Under the pieces are notes generated by a model. That model worked only from the letters and a program-made list of their open reading frames with translations, had not been told where the DNA came from and made no database searches. Positions 23,845 through 37,896 of a stretch of DNA of 64,000 bases are shown piece after piece. Both the position numbers and the translations under genes were made by a program. The stretch is from assembly GCA_973895155.1 (NCBI GenBank), contig OZ316893.1, forward strand, positions 2,130,420 through 2,194,419, in the 5' to 3' direction. The DNA is from Marsupella aquatica. Lineage: Eukaryota; Plantae; Marchantiophyta. Positions within the stretch are counted from its first letter, which is position 1, and each line of letters starts with the position of its first letter.

Positions 23845-24200
23845 CTAAGTAAAAAATGTCATTGTGCAAAACATGTTGTGATGTTGTTGCATAAACATGT
23901 CATTGCATAAAAGATATCATTAAGTAATAAATGTTGTTGCACAAAAGTTGTCATCCAGTAAAATATATTGGTGCTCAAAAGATGTTGTTAAGTAAATGAA
24001 ATTGTTGCTCAAAACATGTAGTCTACTAAAAGATATTGTTCGGCAAAAGATGTCAGTGCATAAGAGATGACAATGTGCTAAAGATATGGTTGAGAAAAGT
24101 ATTATGGTGCAAAAGATATAGTTGAGTAAAATATTTCTTTTGTTAACAAGATCTCGTTCATAAAACATGTTGTCAAGTCAAAAAAGTCATGGCACAAACG
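23845..24200. repeat. Degenerate ~20-bp minisatellite (AAAAGATGTTGT/ATGTCATTG-like)
   Basis: Many imperfect copies. The same family occurs inverted at ~51750-51895. Confidence 0.55.
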
Positions 24201-25289
24201 AGAGGCAATGAGACTACCAAAGGATGGCAGAGTGAGAATGGTTTTTTTTTGCTTTGTCTTTATCATTTTCTTTGTTTTCCTTTTAAGCCCTAACACCCCT
24301 CTACTCGCCCACTTCTTTTTCACTAATTTTTTGTCTCCTCTCTTTCTCTCATTGATTATGTTGTGCACTACATTATAGACTATGTAATATCTTCACTTAA
24401 ACTCCTGTCATTATTCCATAGGACTATCGTACAATACAGTATAGAGTATGTAGCATTTCCTATGCATAGATGGTATTGCATGGATGGGCACTTCCTATGT
24501 ATGGATGATACAGGGGAGGGCTTGATACTCGTGCCCTAGGGGCTCCATTTCTCTTCTTGATTTGAAAACCATGCATTAACTCTTTCATTCCCATTCCCAC
24601 TAAATATAATTCTCGTTTTGGTTTGTTCCTTTCATTTTTCCCCATTTTGTATTTGTCACCCAAAATACCCCACCAAATTAGAGAGATGACCACAGAATTA
24701 AAAAGGCATCTTAACCTTGTATAATATTTTTTGATTATGTATGTCCAGGGCCTAATTTGTAATTGTACAGAACTTGAAGATGGAGAACCCTCAAGTGCCT
24801 TTTCTTGTATAGGGGATGCCTAATGTAGGTTCAAACGGTAGATGACTTTGATGGGGGTGCCTAGCTAGTGTTGGGTTCACACCCTGGATGGTTTGGATGT
24901 GCTTAGAACCACGGTGTTGACAAGGGTTAGAGCACTCTTTTCAGTGCACACCAAACAACCTCCCGTCTTGCCTTTCACACTCACTAACAACTGCCAGATG
25001 TGAGTGTGGTAACTGCACTTGCCAGAGCACTCGGTCAATCAGATGTGGGAGGGCTGATTGCATTTGTCAATTGATCTTGGTGGGATGTGCAGAGGGCTGT
25101 GTCTCTCTAGCTTGTGGAGTACAAGACTTGCAGCCTCACAAGCAAACAATGCAGGGCCCACAACATTGGGGTGATTGTGGAGACTGGGGCAGAGTGGGAT
25201 TTCACCAACTGGGCTCAACATCTAATCCAGCCTCAATAGTGGGACCATTGGAAGTGCTCTTACCCTTCTCTCATGTTGGGCACCCACCT

Positions 25290-25542
25290 TCGGGGGGGGT
25301 CACTTCCATGGAAGTGACATATCACGTGCGACGAAGTATAGGGCCATTTAAATGGTTTTGGTGGAAGACTTATTAAGTCTTCAATGGAACATAGGGTTGT
25401 TTAATTACAAAATACATATGTGTCATCACATGATTGGTGTCGTACAACTTTATAGAAAGTGACTTAAGGGGGTCATAAATGACCCAAACCGTCGCATGTG
25501 ATGTATGACCCTTCATATAGTGACCCTCCCCCCCCCCCCCGA
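25290..25542. mobile_element. 253-bp MITE with G-rich TIRs and 10-bp TSD (Mutator-like by TSD length)
   Basis: TCGGGGGGGGTCAC...GTGACCCTCCCCCCCCCCCCCGA. TSD GCACCCACCT is at 25280-25289 and 25543-25552. Inner inverted repeat CATATCACGTGCGACG / CGTCGCATGTGATGTATG. Confidence 0.8.
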
Positions 25543-28500
25543 GCACCCACCTCCTTGCTAGTGAAAAGGAGAAAAGTAGTTGACATAGAAATCACCACCA
25601 TCTATCTATACTATGATTTGCAGTTAAAATCTAAACTTCATGACCTTCTCTCTAGAGTGAAGCCATAGGCCATAATTTCTCTTGTAATAGAAAATTGTAA
25701 TATTTAGACTATGCTTAGTAGGGACGGGCATGGGAATACAAAGAGCTTGTCTTGTGCATACGCAGGGGTATTTGAGCTATTAGGTAAGCCAATGGCCCTC
25801 TGCAGTGGATACTTAGATATCTATACTATAAAGCAACATAGTTTATTAATCAATTGGGGAAGGTTGTATGTTAATTGAATGGTTAAGATTGAGTGAAGAC
25901 CTAACATTGACTGAATTGACTTATTAGGCCCAAAGGTGGACTTAATGAAGGTGTTTTCTAGGTTCAAATCCTACATGATTTTGGTGTACGTTGAATTGTC
26001 GTGCCAGCAAGTGTAACCCTTCCAACATCTTGGGCACCCACACCCTTGCCCATAGATAAAGAAGGATAGGATACCAAATCAGGTTGTCATGTAGAAATCA
26101 CTATTGGATGAATTCAAGTTCGGTGCACTAGTGTGGATCTAGTTAGAGTGGCCTGACTAACAAGATTTTTATTTTCTTTAATGTTGTTGGTGAAGAAACC
26201 GTCAATAAAGAAGAGCTTGGTGACAGTAGGCTTTTAGGGACTTTAAGAAACTCATTTCAACTCTGTCAGCAGGCGGAACAAAACTTTCAAGTATTTAGAG
26301 ATTGTATATTGGATTTGAAAAACTAGGTTTCCAGAACTAAGTTACAACTTCCAATTGGATGACTTTTCTATAATCTCATTTAACTTGTTCTAACTTGTAC
26401 GTGTGTTACCCCTAAACTCATTTTGAAAGAGACTCCAACTCATCTTGTAACATGTTGTCATCCATTGTGATAGTCTTTTCACCATGAACTTATTCCGTGA
26501 CATGTTAATCATTACTAGTGATGGAATAAGACAAGAGAAAACTACAAGAAGAGTGAGGGCAGGCCAGTAAGATAAGGGGGTCGGATACATACAACTTGAA
26601 GGAGGAAGGAAACTGTTTCCAGATCACTAAGCACAATGAGAGGAGGGATGTGTATATAAGTGCCCTGGTAACAGAGCATGCATTGTGGGCCACAACATGC
26701 CAAAACAATGAGGGCTGTAGCTGAAGTTTGAGGCCGGGACTATTATTGCCCATAATGTCTTGGTAACAGATAAGCCCCCATCCAAATCTGGACTGAATAG
26801 TCTTCTCTACAAACCACCAAAGAAAGAAAAATCACAAAGGGTATTAAGATTTATTGTAAGCCCCCAAAATGTCTTTCTAAAACTAGTTCCCCTTTGTTGC
26901 TCCAACCTTGAGGGGGGGTGATTATATGGTTGATAAGAACACAAGAAGTAGCTAAGGAATGGGGGTATTAAGTGGAACCCAATTGTAACAACATAGACGT
27001 TGAGAGCAAGGGAAGATGTATCAATAGACTGATTATTGGGTGGAAGAGAGAAGGGGATGGTCAGATGCTTGTGACTTTTTTCTAAGTTTGGTCACCCACT
27101 TATTATACTGTCCACCTTAAGTGGTTTTGGTAACTTACACTATTTGTGTAGCCCTACATTTTTTATGTTAAGCTTCTATTATACTAAGTTGCCAATTATA
27201 AATTCTTGACTAACACTAATGGTATGGACATTAAGTAACATGAGGGTGATAGTAATTTTGTTTGGGCATAACACTATTTGGAGGGTAATGTGGCTGAAAA
27301 TCAATTGATGACCCAACACATTGTGCTCATTTGCATCATGAGCAAGGTCTTGAGCAAGTCAGAGAGAACAGGAGCAAAGATTGTGATAGTGTAGCAATTG
27401 TAGGACTTGTCATATGGGAATTACATTTCGTCATCAGATTGCAACAAAAAATAGTATCAATAAGAAATCCCACCCTAATCATACTGTCTGCTGAAGCTGA
27501 CCCACTCTCAAACTAGGGTTACCAAGGTAATCTATGGACCAATACTAATTTAGAGATAAGATCAATTACAGTCAAAGGTGCAAAATCCAGCCCCTTTCAA
27601 AAAGAGTGGGCTTTGATGTGAAGAATGACAAAGCAATTCATAAAACGTAAATGAAGCCTGTAGCTTCTTTTTGTTCTCACCAATTATTGATGTACAAAGG
27701 ATTACTATTTCCATGTAAGTGGCACCATCCCTGGGATTTTGGGCCCTTACAAGTTTGTGTCCTTCTAGCCGGCCTTAGCATATAACTGGGAGTGTATCAT
27801 GACAGATTAGAGGCTGAAGGCCAATTGGAGAAATGGCCAAGTCCTAGCAAAGCAACAAATGCTCAAGGATGCTTTGATGCACCAATGGTGGTTTTCATGT
27901 GGAGAACATAGGCTCTACAGCTCTGCATTCTTTGAACTTGGATGTCACCATTGGTGCATCAAAGCATTGCAGGCTGGATAGACTATATTCTCCACATGAA
28001 ACACCCTCAAAGAAAGGGCAAGGGGAGGAGAGCACTCTAGAGTAGCCAGGTGCGGGCCATTTTTAGAGTAGGGAGAAGTATAGTGTAATGTAGAAGGTGT
28101 GAGCAAGAGTGAGGCCAACAGAACAGGGAGGCAAAGGTATTGAGGGCTATGACACATTAGATCAACCTCTAATGAAACCTGTCTCTTAGGGCAGAAGGAG
28201 AGGAGACTGAGGCCATGCAAATGGTGAAGGCCAAATGTTTATTTTTCTTTGTGAGCAAGTGAAAATGGTGACAACTGCAATTGCACAAATTAACAGGGAA
28301 GATGGGCTGGACTGGACCCTTTTCTTCCAAATTTCATCGCACCACTTTTATGTAAATATGCATTTCATCTGGGATGACATAGATTGAGAGTAAACTCCAA
28401 GCTTGACATTTATACAACTCGCATTTTGGGATCCCATCCGAGTTCAAGGTTTGGATGGACTCACATCCAAGTTCAAATGTTGGACAGATATCCCTTCAGT

Positions 28501-28680
28501 TGCAAGGTTTTAGAGTAACATTTTCTCCCACTTTAGCAAGAAAGAAAGTGATAGGTGAGGGCAGGTGAAGAGGGAGGCAGTGGGAGTGAGTGACGACACA
28601 GCACTTGCACACCAACCAAACCAAACCAAACCTCTCATAATGGAACCCACCAACATTTCCAAGGGGAGAGGCAGAGGCAC

Positions 28681-28683
<3 letters not shown>

Positions 28684-28715
<32 letters not shown>
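28684..28715 (+). repeat. (AG)16 microsatellite in a purine-rich region upstream of the Yippee-like gene
   Basis: Direct read of the sequence. Confidence 0.9.
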
Positions 28716-28716
<1 letters not shown>

Positions 28717-29983
28717 CAAAAAGGGGGATGGAGGAATGGACAACACGGAAGAGAGCTATGGCAACAGGCACACGACAGCATAATTGCGTGAACGAAAGAA
28801 ACGAGGAGGAAGAAGAAAGAAAGAAGAAAGAAAGCGAAAGCAAAAGCTGCAACTGGCAGAGAAGAAAAGAGACTGAAGAAAAGGTTGTGGAATTGGTCGT
28901 TGCGTCCAGACCATCAGCTTATTGTTTTCCTCTCCTCTCGTCTGCAAGGTGCCATCCATGCCAGGCAATTTGTGGCAGAGGTCATCATTTGATCGACAGG
29001 GTGCTATTGCTGGACAGGGTGCTATTGCTGCACCGTAATCACATCTCTCTGGGTTCCCTTCCTTCTTCCCTCTTGCTTTGCCGTGTTTTACTGGTAGCTT
29101 CGTCGTTCCTGTGTGTCCTGGCTGTAATAAGAAAGAAAGAGGAAGGAGAGAAAGAAAGAGAGACAGATTGCGGTGGTGGACCGCGAGGTGAGCGAGTGAG
29201 TGCGTTGGTGGCAAAGAAATTGGAGGTTCACCCATCGAGAGAAAGCCTCATTTGATTATCATTGGCTTGGGCTCTGTTTTGGGACGCACAGGTGGTCTTG
29301 TGTGCGGTTGCTTGATTGTGAAGCTTCTGGTGTAGAGCAGAGAAAGCAGGAGAAGGGGAAGACGATTGAAGAGGATTGAAGAGGAGAAGAGGGAGGAAGC
29401 ACTAGAAAGGGGTAGTTGGAGGAGGAGAGGCCGGAGAAGGAAGTAAGGGGGTCTCGATGGAGGGGGGTAGACTGGGAGGTTTGTGATTTCTTTTGGTAAC
29501 GGATCGGAAGACCGTGCCCTGCCCTGCTGTGCCGCGATTTGGCATGTCTTTGGCAGACGATTCATGTATGCTTCATTACTACATTTACTGATGTGGCAAC
29601 TTGTCGTTTGGCGAATCACCATTGGTAGCTAACCCATTTCAGCGACTATCGTGAAATACGAGGCAGTGTTAACGGATTGCCTTGTGTTTTGATTGAAGAA
29701 AATTGATTGCCTTGTGTTTTGATTGAAGAAAATTGTGCTGCTCTGTTTGATAGATAGATCGTGACGTTTTCAGCTCACCAATTCCTGGATCATTACCATT
29801 TCCTGGCTTCTGGGGCAAATTGTGTAGTGTTCCTCAGTCCCAATCCACTGGCCCATTCCTTTTTCGTCGACTCACACAGTTTTTTGCGGAATTCAGGGTT
29901 ACAGTGTTGTTGAATCAGTGAAGGGCAAAGTTGATGGCTCAGCGCAAATTCTGAAGATTGGTATCGTCTCCAAGTCAAAGACT

Positions 29984-30213
29984 TTGTCACGGGTTGCGCA
30001 GAGGAAGGAGAAGGTTCAGAATGTTGCAGACGATGCGACAGATAAGGTGAAGGGTGCTGCAGGCACAGTGAAGGCGAAAGCTAGTGAGGTTGGATCTCAA
30101 GCCGAGGAGAAAGAAGGTCGGATCTCACGCCGAAAGATTTAAGGAGAAAGCACTTGAGGTTGGATCTCAAGCCGAAAGACCCTCCAAGGATTTGAAGGGA
30201 GAATATGAAAACT
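29984..30213 (+). pseudogene. LEA (group 3)-like hydrophilic repeat fragment
   Basis: KEKVQNVADDATDKVKGAAGTVKAKASEVGSQAEEKE, then in a shifted frame KEKALEVGSQAERPSKDLKGEYEN*. GAGGTTGGATCTCAAGCCGA is repeated. No ATG start. Confidence 0.45.
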
Positions 30214-30671
30214 GAATTTTATTGGTCGGCATTTGCATGAAGCGCAAAAGACATTCACAAGAAGAGCAAAGAGCCATATACCAGTAATATAGATGACAAA
30301 GCATATGGCTCACATTGACTGAAAGATACTAATCAAGGTGTACAAACAAAATCTCGTTCTCTTCCCACTGTCAAATAGAGGAGTTTAGCACTTAGAGAGT
30401 GACCACTGTTTCTCGTTCTTTCCTTCACTCTCAGGACAATGCTGTCGGTGAAGCTCAACAGACAGGACATGATCTAGACGGAAGAGGCCACCGATGACGC
30501 CCAGTCGAACTTCGAAGATTCTTTCCCTCTGTGAAGTCTGGTAGTGGAAACTGTAGATACAGTTGGTGATTTGTGAAGTTCGCTATCTTGTATCTATAAC
30601 AGGGGCGTGCGAACAGGGAGAAAAAAGCAGAGGAAGGCTGGGGAAATTGTTGGTTGTTGCAGAGCAGCAGT

Positions 30672-33600
30672 ATGGGACAAATGTTTAAGGAGTACTTGAC
30701 AGGAACACGGATTTACAGTTGCAACAATTGCGGGGCACATTCCGCAGACCATGATCAAATTTTTTCCAAATCTTTCAAAGGAAAATACGGACGGGCCTAT
30801 CTTTTCAACGAAGTGTGAGTACCTGTTCCAACAAGGCCTTTGTTGTCGAGTGACTGCACCCGTCCTTAGCTTTCAGTGAAGACAATTTTGCGAGAGTTCA
30901 GCGCAAATCTTTCATTCAATTATAGCTCGAATGGGTTCTCGTTTTCCAGCGTCAGGGAGTTATGGCTTAGTTGGAGTCCACGACTTTGTGCTGAATTAAG
31001 AGAACTGCCTGTTTGTGTAGATATCTGTCTGATTCTCTTGAAATCTCGCGTCTTGGAAATGTTGCAAATCTTCGGTCAATTGGACTGTCGGTACCGTGTT
31101 GTTTGCTGTGACTTGGCAACCCATGAAAGTCTTCTTGGTAGAAACTACGCATCATACAACACATGCTTACCGCGCCCTCGTTTTAGTTACAGCTCTGATG
31201 CCCAAGAATTAACTGAGATTGCTTCCGTCGAGCTAGCTACAGTAGCAAATCATGTTGCCAGCACCATTACCTAACTGTCACCAAGCGGGATAGCTTTCGG
31301 ATGAATCTCGACATCGAGTGCCCGGTCTCTGAATATATCAGCTAATGCGATTGAATGCCCTCAGACCACAATTTCTAGTAGAGAATCCTGGAATTGCTGC
31401 CCGTAAATCGTGACCCTTTAAAAAATCGGAGTGCGTGTGCAGCAAGGCCTGTTCACTTCACTTGAATCCCTGGTAAATAGAGTCTTGAGCTGGACTTCTG
31501 TGTTGCACGCAAAGCCTGCAAAATATGGAATCCATTGGCTCGCTTACAGGCGACCTGCCACTTAATGATGTGCTAGTAAGACGAGGGAAGGAATTGACGC
31601 CTTTCGTCCAATCGTTTTCCTGGATCGTCCAGATCCCTACAGTCAGGGTTGGGTCAGAGATCCATAGACTTGTCAGGATAGCACCTTTTTTCCAATTAGA
31701 CTGACTCTGATTGATCAAGTCAAGGGCTTTTCAGAGGACGCTGGTCAGCTATTTCCTCAGAGTTGTTGTTTCACTACAAAGTAAGACCTAACTGTAACTG
31801 GAGCGGTGTAGTACGATGACTAACCTTCTGAGCAGTCAATTCACGATAGCATTATCTCAACTCCTGTCTAAGGTTTGAACTGAAGGAGTACATCTCTTCC
31901 CTGTGCAGTAGAGAACTTGTTTTGTGGAAACTAATAATTCATCACAAGCCTAGCTAGAGAGGGCTTTCGGGACACAGGCTCTCAGAAGGTATGTTTGAGT
32001 GCTGGCTAGCTTCCGGCATATTTTTTGAACGGAATTGAATGCCTCCAGTTGATGAGTGATGTGGTAGACTTTGAAATTCATTTTAGTGACCTTGCGAAGA
32101 GTTTTCAGATGATACGATCCCAAGTTAATCACTATCTTTAAAAACTACATCAGTTGAATAGTTGGAGACATTTTCTTCATCGAAAATGGGCCTGGGATTT
32201 GTTTAGGATAAGTGTCTGAGTTCAGCCACCTGGATTGAATAAATTCCATGCGTTTACATCTGCGCCAATGAGTAAGAAGGTAGTTTTTTAAGCTGTCAAC
32301 AAGTTCTTATGGAGTGGTCCGGTTAGGACTGAAAGAAGCGAAAATAAGAATCTCAGAGATTAGGTATTACAGGCACAAACCATAAGATTGAACAGGATGT
32401 TCACACTGACTAGTCTGGATTAATTGAAGTTGTTGGAGTAGTTAAGCTGGGCTTACACTGCCAGTACGTTAAATGAAATCCAAAGCCTGGCTGCGCGATG
32501 CGTTCTTATAATGGCAAAGGCGGGTATAGGATATCTTTCAAATCTTGTATTTTTCATGTATGCCTTCAACCTCACTCATCCCTGACCCGCCTTCGATTGT
32601 CTTGCAACTTGGACCTTCCTCCTAGTAGCGTCCCTTTCTCTTTCAGCATGTTTTTGTCGCTGAAAGGCCATATCAACGTTTTGTTGGAATTGGTTTGTGG
32701 ATCGTTGCTCATCTGGCAATATGGCCAGAAAATTGTTGCTGTTATCTTGACATGGATGTAGGTGATGTTGGAGTTGTTGTGTAGGGTGGCCGCTGAAGTT
32801 TTGAAGTCTGCCACTCATTTAGAGTATTAACCACCGGTTCTCGCTTGGTTATTCTTTCTCAAGCTGTACATATGGTGTTGACGAAAGTGATATGCTTCAG
32901 ATTTTCTCAATCAGTCTCAACTCTTTTCCTATCCTTCCTTCTTTGTAAGGGAGTGCTGATCTTTGGACTTTCTATCGTTGACAGTGTAAATGTGTGTCTC
33001 GGGCCAAAAGAAGACCGGATGCTGATAACTGGCATGCACACTGTCGCTGACATTTACTGCAACTGCTGCCATCAAGTTTTGGGCTGGAAATATGTATGTT
33101 CCCTTTTGTTTTTCCAAGCTTCCCACGAGGATGTTATGTTAATTATAATACATCATTGTCTGTTCATAGAATTTGTCTCATCCAGTAACTTCCCTCAACT
33201 CTTCTCAGCCTTCTGCACAATACAAGGGGCGTGCAGGATCAATGTACGGTCGCTACTAGTAGTCTACCTGCATTGGCTTCCATTTTTAAGAGCTGAGCCG
33301 CTGGCTTAAAAGTATTGAGTGACGCCCCCAATTTATTATTGAGTTTAATATGAACTGTTCCAAGAGTCTCGACATCCTTCTGAACTTGGGGCATCCACCC
33401 TGAGGTTAATTCGGAGCTTGATTTCCCACAACTTGAAGGCTGAGTCGTTTCGTTTCAGTTCAGTGTAGGCTTCAGAGTCACATGCTGGTGATTGTTCAAT
33501 GACTCAAAAACATTCCTTTTATAATTGTCTTCTGTGGAGCTGGAGACAACATTTTCTTTGTATTCCTTATTGTCGTAAATGTTGATGGGTGAGATTTACT

Positions 33601-33695
33601 GTGTTCAGGAACAAGCGTTTGAGACAAAGCAGAAGTACAAGGAGGGAAAGTTCATAATTGAGAAGGCAAAAATGACCAAAGGAAATTGGAAGTAG
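30672..33695 (+). CDS. Yippee-like (YPEL, Yippee/Mis18 zinc-binding) protein, 112 aa, 3 coding exons
   Basis: Exons 30672-30814, 32985-33093 and 33609-33695 with GT-AG introns give [112 protein letters not shown]. Two CxxC pairs and the GRAYLF, GWKYE and KYKEGKF motifs are diagnostic. Confidence 0.95.
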
Positions 33696-35680
33696 CGAGT
33701 GAAAGAGAAGTGTTGGAAAAACACGTAAAAGATCGGGCTGTATTGTACAAGTATGTCACAGCCACCCGGGTGTACCGTTTCAACCCTCGTTGGTTCCGTT
33801 GATCTTGAGTCACTGACATGTCAAGAAGTGAATTCTGAGTGATCATATTGGGGTGCAGGGTTCTCTCTACAAAAAGGTAAAGGTCTGCATCATGGAAGTA
33901 GGATCTCACTTGGCATGGAGGTGACCCCAACTCGTTGTCACTCTTTTGTGAGACCGTTAACTGTTTCATGGATAGGCTAGAGCAGCAGTTGGCAATTTTG
34001 CAGAAGCTGCAAACTATCAAAAATAAATTGTGCAAGTTTGATCGTTTCACATCACTCAGAATTGAGGTGCCCTTAAGCCCGGGGTCACCGTGCACGAAGA
34101 GTCCAGATTTGCTTCGACTTCCAGGCACTTAAAACAGGTAGTGACTGCGCGCCACACAACTGAATTTTCATTCACATTTCTTAGCCATAGTTTGAAAGTT
34201 GAGGTGGGAGACATACCAGGAGACATGCCTGCCTTTGCTGACGTCGAGTAGGTCCGACCAATGAAACGGGTCATGGAAGAGTGTTGTGTAAATGGCAACG
34301 AATTTTTCATCTGCAGGAGGTTTTTAAGGCGCTTGGCCCAACCCAGACATTCACCAACCCTCCTTTCATAACCAGTGAGGGAGGGAGGGGTCATGGAAGA
34401 CTCGGCCCTTAGTGAGCCAAGTATCCTTCTCGACAGCCCTCGATCATTATAGCATCCAGTCTGCGACAATTCTTGGTTTTCCTTGACAATGAAGTATTTA
34501 TCACAGTTGGGGAACGAGTAAGCAAATGCTTCCTGTGTGTAAGTGCCTGAAATACTCTGACCATTTCCTGATGGTGATCACCTCTATAACTCGGGTGCCT
34601 AGAAACCGGTCAGGCTTATAGATAAAGTCGCTCCTATCATCTATAGGTGGGACTAGTTCTCGAATGTTGAATGGAGTACTTCAACTTAGTGGTGACAAAC
34701 TGTTGGAAACTTCAGAAGCCAAGAAGTGTCCACTCAATAGGGACATTTCTAGTTGAGGTATATGTGGCTAAAGGACCAACTTGCATGTGAAGGGTCTATC
34801 AAAAAACAGCCCTCAACTTGAGTGGATGTGAATGAGTGAGACTTTTATGGCAGCACCCCCTCTTGCGCCAGGCCTGACTGTGCAGAGTGTTGGGTCCAAA
34901 GGCAAGGGCCGGAAAGTTTCCAGCCCTTGCAGGTCCTGACCTCAAACTCTGCAATAAAACAAAAGCTTTGCCCATGCAGTGCAACGAAGTTGCAGGAAGA
35001 AGATAGTGTTGGACAAAGAGATCTGCTTTCATCCCAGCATTGAGGGAGTGCTTAGGACCGGAAAACACAGGGCCTCTCACATGCGAGTTGTGCCTAAGGG
35101 CCATCTTGTGTGTGAGGTCCTAAAACAATTGTCCCTTTGCACTTCCTAAATTGCAGGGATCTATATATTGTTGTCCTGCTACATGCAAGGTGCACAAGTA
35201 CTTTTCTTGGGTCTTTTTTTGGTTTTCGTTTTCATTTCTTGTCCCTGTTGTCTGTTCTATTCTGATTCAAAGGATGGGACCTCAAGGGCTGGAAAGTTTC
35301 CAGTCCTTGCCATTAGTTCTCCACTTTGTTCCCCATAAGCCCTGCCTGATGAGGAGGTTCCTCCATAAAATTCTCAGTCAATGTTGTCATGCCATCTGTG
35401 GAGTTGCTGGCCAGAACCTAAAGACCTCACACATGCAAGACAGCTCTGTGGTCAAGTAGGGCAGAATGGGAAGAATTACGGATCCCAGGTTCTGTTCATG
35501 ACTTTCAGATGTGAACAAACTTTAGAGGACACTGGTTCATGATTTTGTGACGTTAACATCCTTGAAAATGAGAAGTCTTCAGAGGAACAGGTAGAGAAAG
35601 AGCCTTGATCCATGCAATTTGACACTTCAGGATTTCCAGTGGAAGTGTCGTTCATTGGAAAGATAGCCGTTGGGCAATCC

Positions 35681-35782
35681 GAATGAATAATACCCTAGTG
35701 AAGCAAATGACCTGTATAAATCCATGAAATCCAACTGAATAACACCCTAGTGAAGCAAATGACCTGTATAAAATCCATGAAA
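35681..35782. repeat. ~52-bp tandem duplication
   Basis: ACCCTAGTGAAGCAAATGACCTGTATAAA(A)TCCATGAAA twice. Confidence 0.85.
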
Positions 35783-36773
35783 AATGGCTAGTGAAAACAA
35801 AGGAAATTTAACAGCAAGAGTATTAGACCAATCAAGGAATAGAACAAGAGCCTAATTCTTTCTAGTGTTCTGGAGTTGTGAAGTTCTTCAATTGTGGTCA
35901 AACAGATATTTGGGGATTTTACCCGCTCAGCACTCTAATTGGAGTCTTGCAATGCAAACAAGCTTAGAAACTTTCCTTCCATTTAGAATACAAAAGCCCA
36001 AAATGTATCTAGCTGCAAGGATAGTTTACAGAAGTAAAAGTGTTTGAAGTGGAGCTGCCCCTAGTGAGCCTAGCTCTTCATATGATATTTTAATCTTTAA
36101 ATGAATCTTGTTTTCTTAATAGTAAATGAATCTCTAAATTTATCTGCAGCAACCCCTGTACGGTATTGACCAATTCAAATGTTTGTACATCTTTTTAAAA
36201 CTGGAGGATTGAATCCACCAAGTCAAACGTCTAGTCTATCCCAAGGATTGAAGTAAATTTGTGGAACACAATCAGGGCCCTCCTGAATTGTGGTTGAAAT
36301 CATTTTGGACCAATACCACCCTCTTTAAGAACTTTTTTGGCAAGTTTGGCCGCTTCATGACATTCAACAAAAAGAAGTTTGGTCTCTCCACTTTAAAGAT
36401 CACTTGTGGCTGTAGCTCTTATAGCCAGCCTACATACCTTTGCACGGGCAGTTGCTCATCACTGGAATTAATGAGGCATAAATGGTACTCAAAGAAGGAT
36501 CTGGGCATGCGAAAGAGAGGCAGCGAATAGGTTGACTGGGGGTCCCACATGAAAATGCCATAATAATGCAATAATAATGCTCAGAGAAAGGTAAGGCGTG
36601 ATGTCTGTTGCTGTTGGGCATTATTTTTGCATGATTCCCCATGCACCTTGGAGAGTGCTTTTAAAACCCAACCCATTATATTGCTAGCAAGGTGAAACGA
36701 ACCGGACGAGCACCCTTGGTATTGCTGCATTGGGCCCCACCAGTCAATGCTGGCTGCAACGCAGAGAGGGTAC

Positions 36774-36842
36774 AAACATATTTGTCACATTTTCGGAATA
36801 GTACACTCAAACATATTTGTCACATTTTCAGAATAGTACACT
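36774..36842. repeat. 35-bp tandem duplication abutting a MITE end
   Basis: AAACATATTTGTCACATTTTC(G/A)GAATAGTACACT twice. Confidence 0.85.
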
Positions 36843-37469
36843 TTTCATCATAATTAGTGAATAACACTAATTTGAGAATATTTATTTTTGGGGTTTATTC
36901 GTGAATTAATGTTAGTCACATTAATTCTAAGCAAACATCAATTCATGTGATTTTTCTACTTGTATCGTGTGATGCTAGAATGAAGGGACTTCAAAGTGTT
37001 ATTGGCCACCAGGTCTCTTTCATCACATGCTCCTTGTTAAGGTATTAAGTTGTCACTCTGATCCAGACTAACATTGATTGATGAGCACAATGTGAACAGA
37101 AGTTCAATGTGAGCCGACGAAAAAGATCCTTAACACATACTTTAGCCTCCATGACTATAGAGCTCTCCACACCTCCAAATGCTCTACTGTTGGATGTGAA
37201 ATAAAACCTCCAAAAATGATTGCGTGCAAGAGTAAACGTTATGGAGCCCTCAAATCCCTAGAAGATGCTCTAGCCCTCCATGACTACAGAGCTTTCACCT
37301 CCAGATGCTCTACACTAGTATGTTGAACAAAACATTTAAATAAAAACCCCAATTTTATTTTTTTTGAAAACCGACACCAATTAGTGTTACTTTTGCTTCT
37401 GGATCAAATTCACATAAATTAGTGTGACTAACACTAATTTGGACATAACACTAATTACAGTGAATAGTG
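36839..37469. mobile_element. MITE with CACT(G/A)TTCAC-type termini and TA flanks (Tc1/mariner-like)
   Basis: TA|CACTTTTCATCATAATTAGTG ... CACTAATTACAGTGAATAGTG|TA, with AATTAGTG subterminal repeats. Related ends lie at ~3101, ~40340, 43022/43660, ~58277 and ~62487. Confidence 0.6.
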
Positions 37470-37896
37470 TAGGTATGGTGTACAGATACACATAAATTGA
37501 GCTTGCTCAACCTTAGTTATCTTAGCAAATGTAGCGTAGTGTTTCATTTTGCAAGCGAGGTTCCCAGATGAGGTTCTGAATTCAAGTTTCACAGGTTAGC
37601 TTGCTTTGGAACAAACCCAATCCCAAAGTGGAGTTTACCAAAGCCACAAAAGACTTGAAACTTCCTAACATTGAAGGTAGATCTCTTATCACCTACATGA
37701 AAACTGACAGGTGGGGTAATGGGACCCAATGGGTTGTAATAAATGAGTTTCCAAAAAACATCTTTTTGAATAAAATGCTAGTAGCATGGGAAAGCCCAGT
37801 TTAGACAGATTTTCCATGTGCATTTGGCTGCTGATTTTATTGGGACTACATGGCTCCAAACTACATTGGATATGTCCTAACCACTATTGCTAGAAG

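Noticed and set aside
23845-24200. CRISPR-like array
   Set aside because: Degenerate minisatellite without unique spacers, in a eukaryotic context.
28496-29622. ORFs of 118-175 aa in the GA-rich region
   Set aside because: Low-complexity translations of microsatellite and purine-rich leader sequence.
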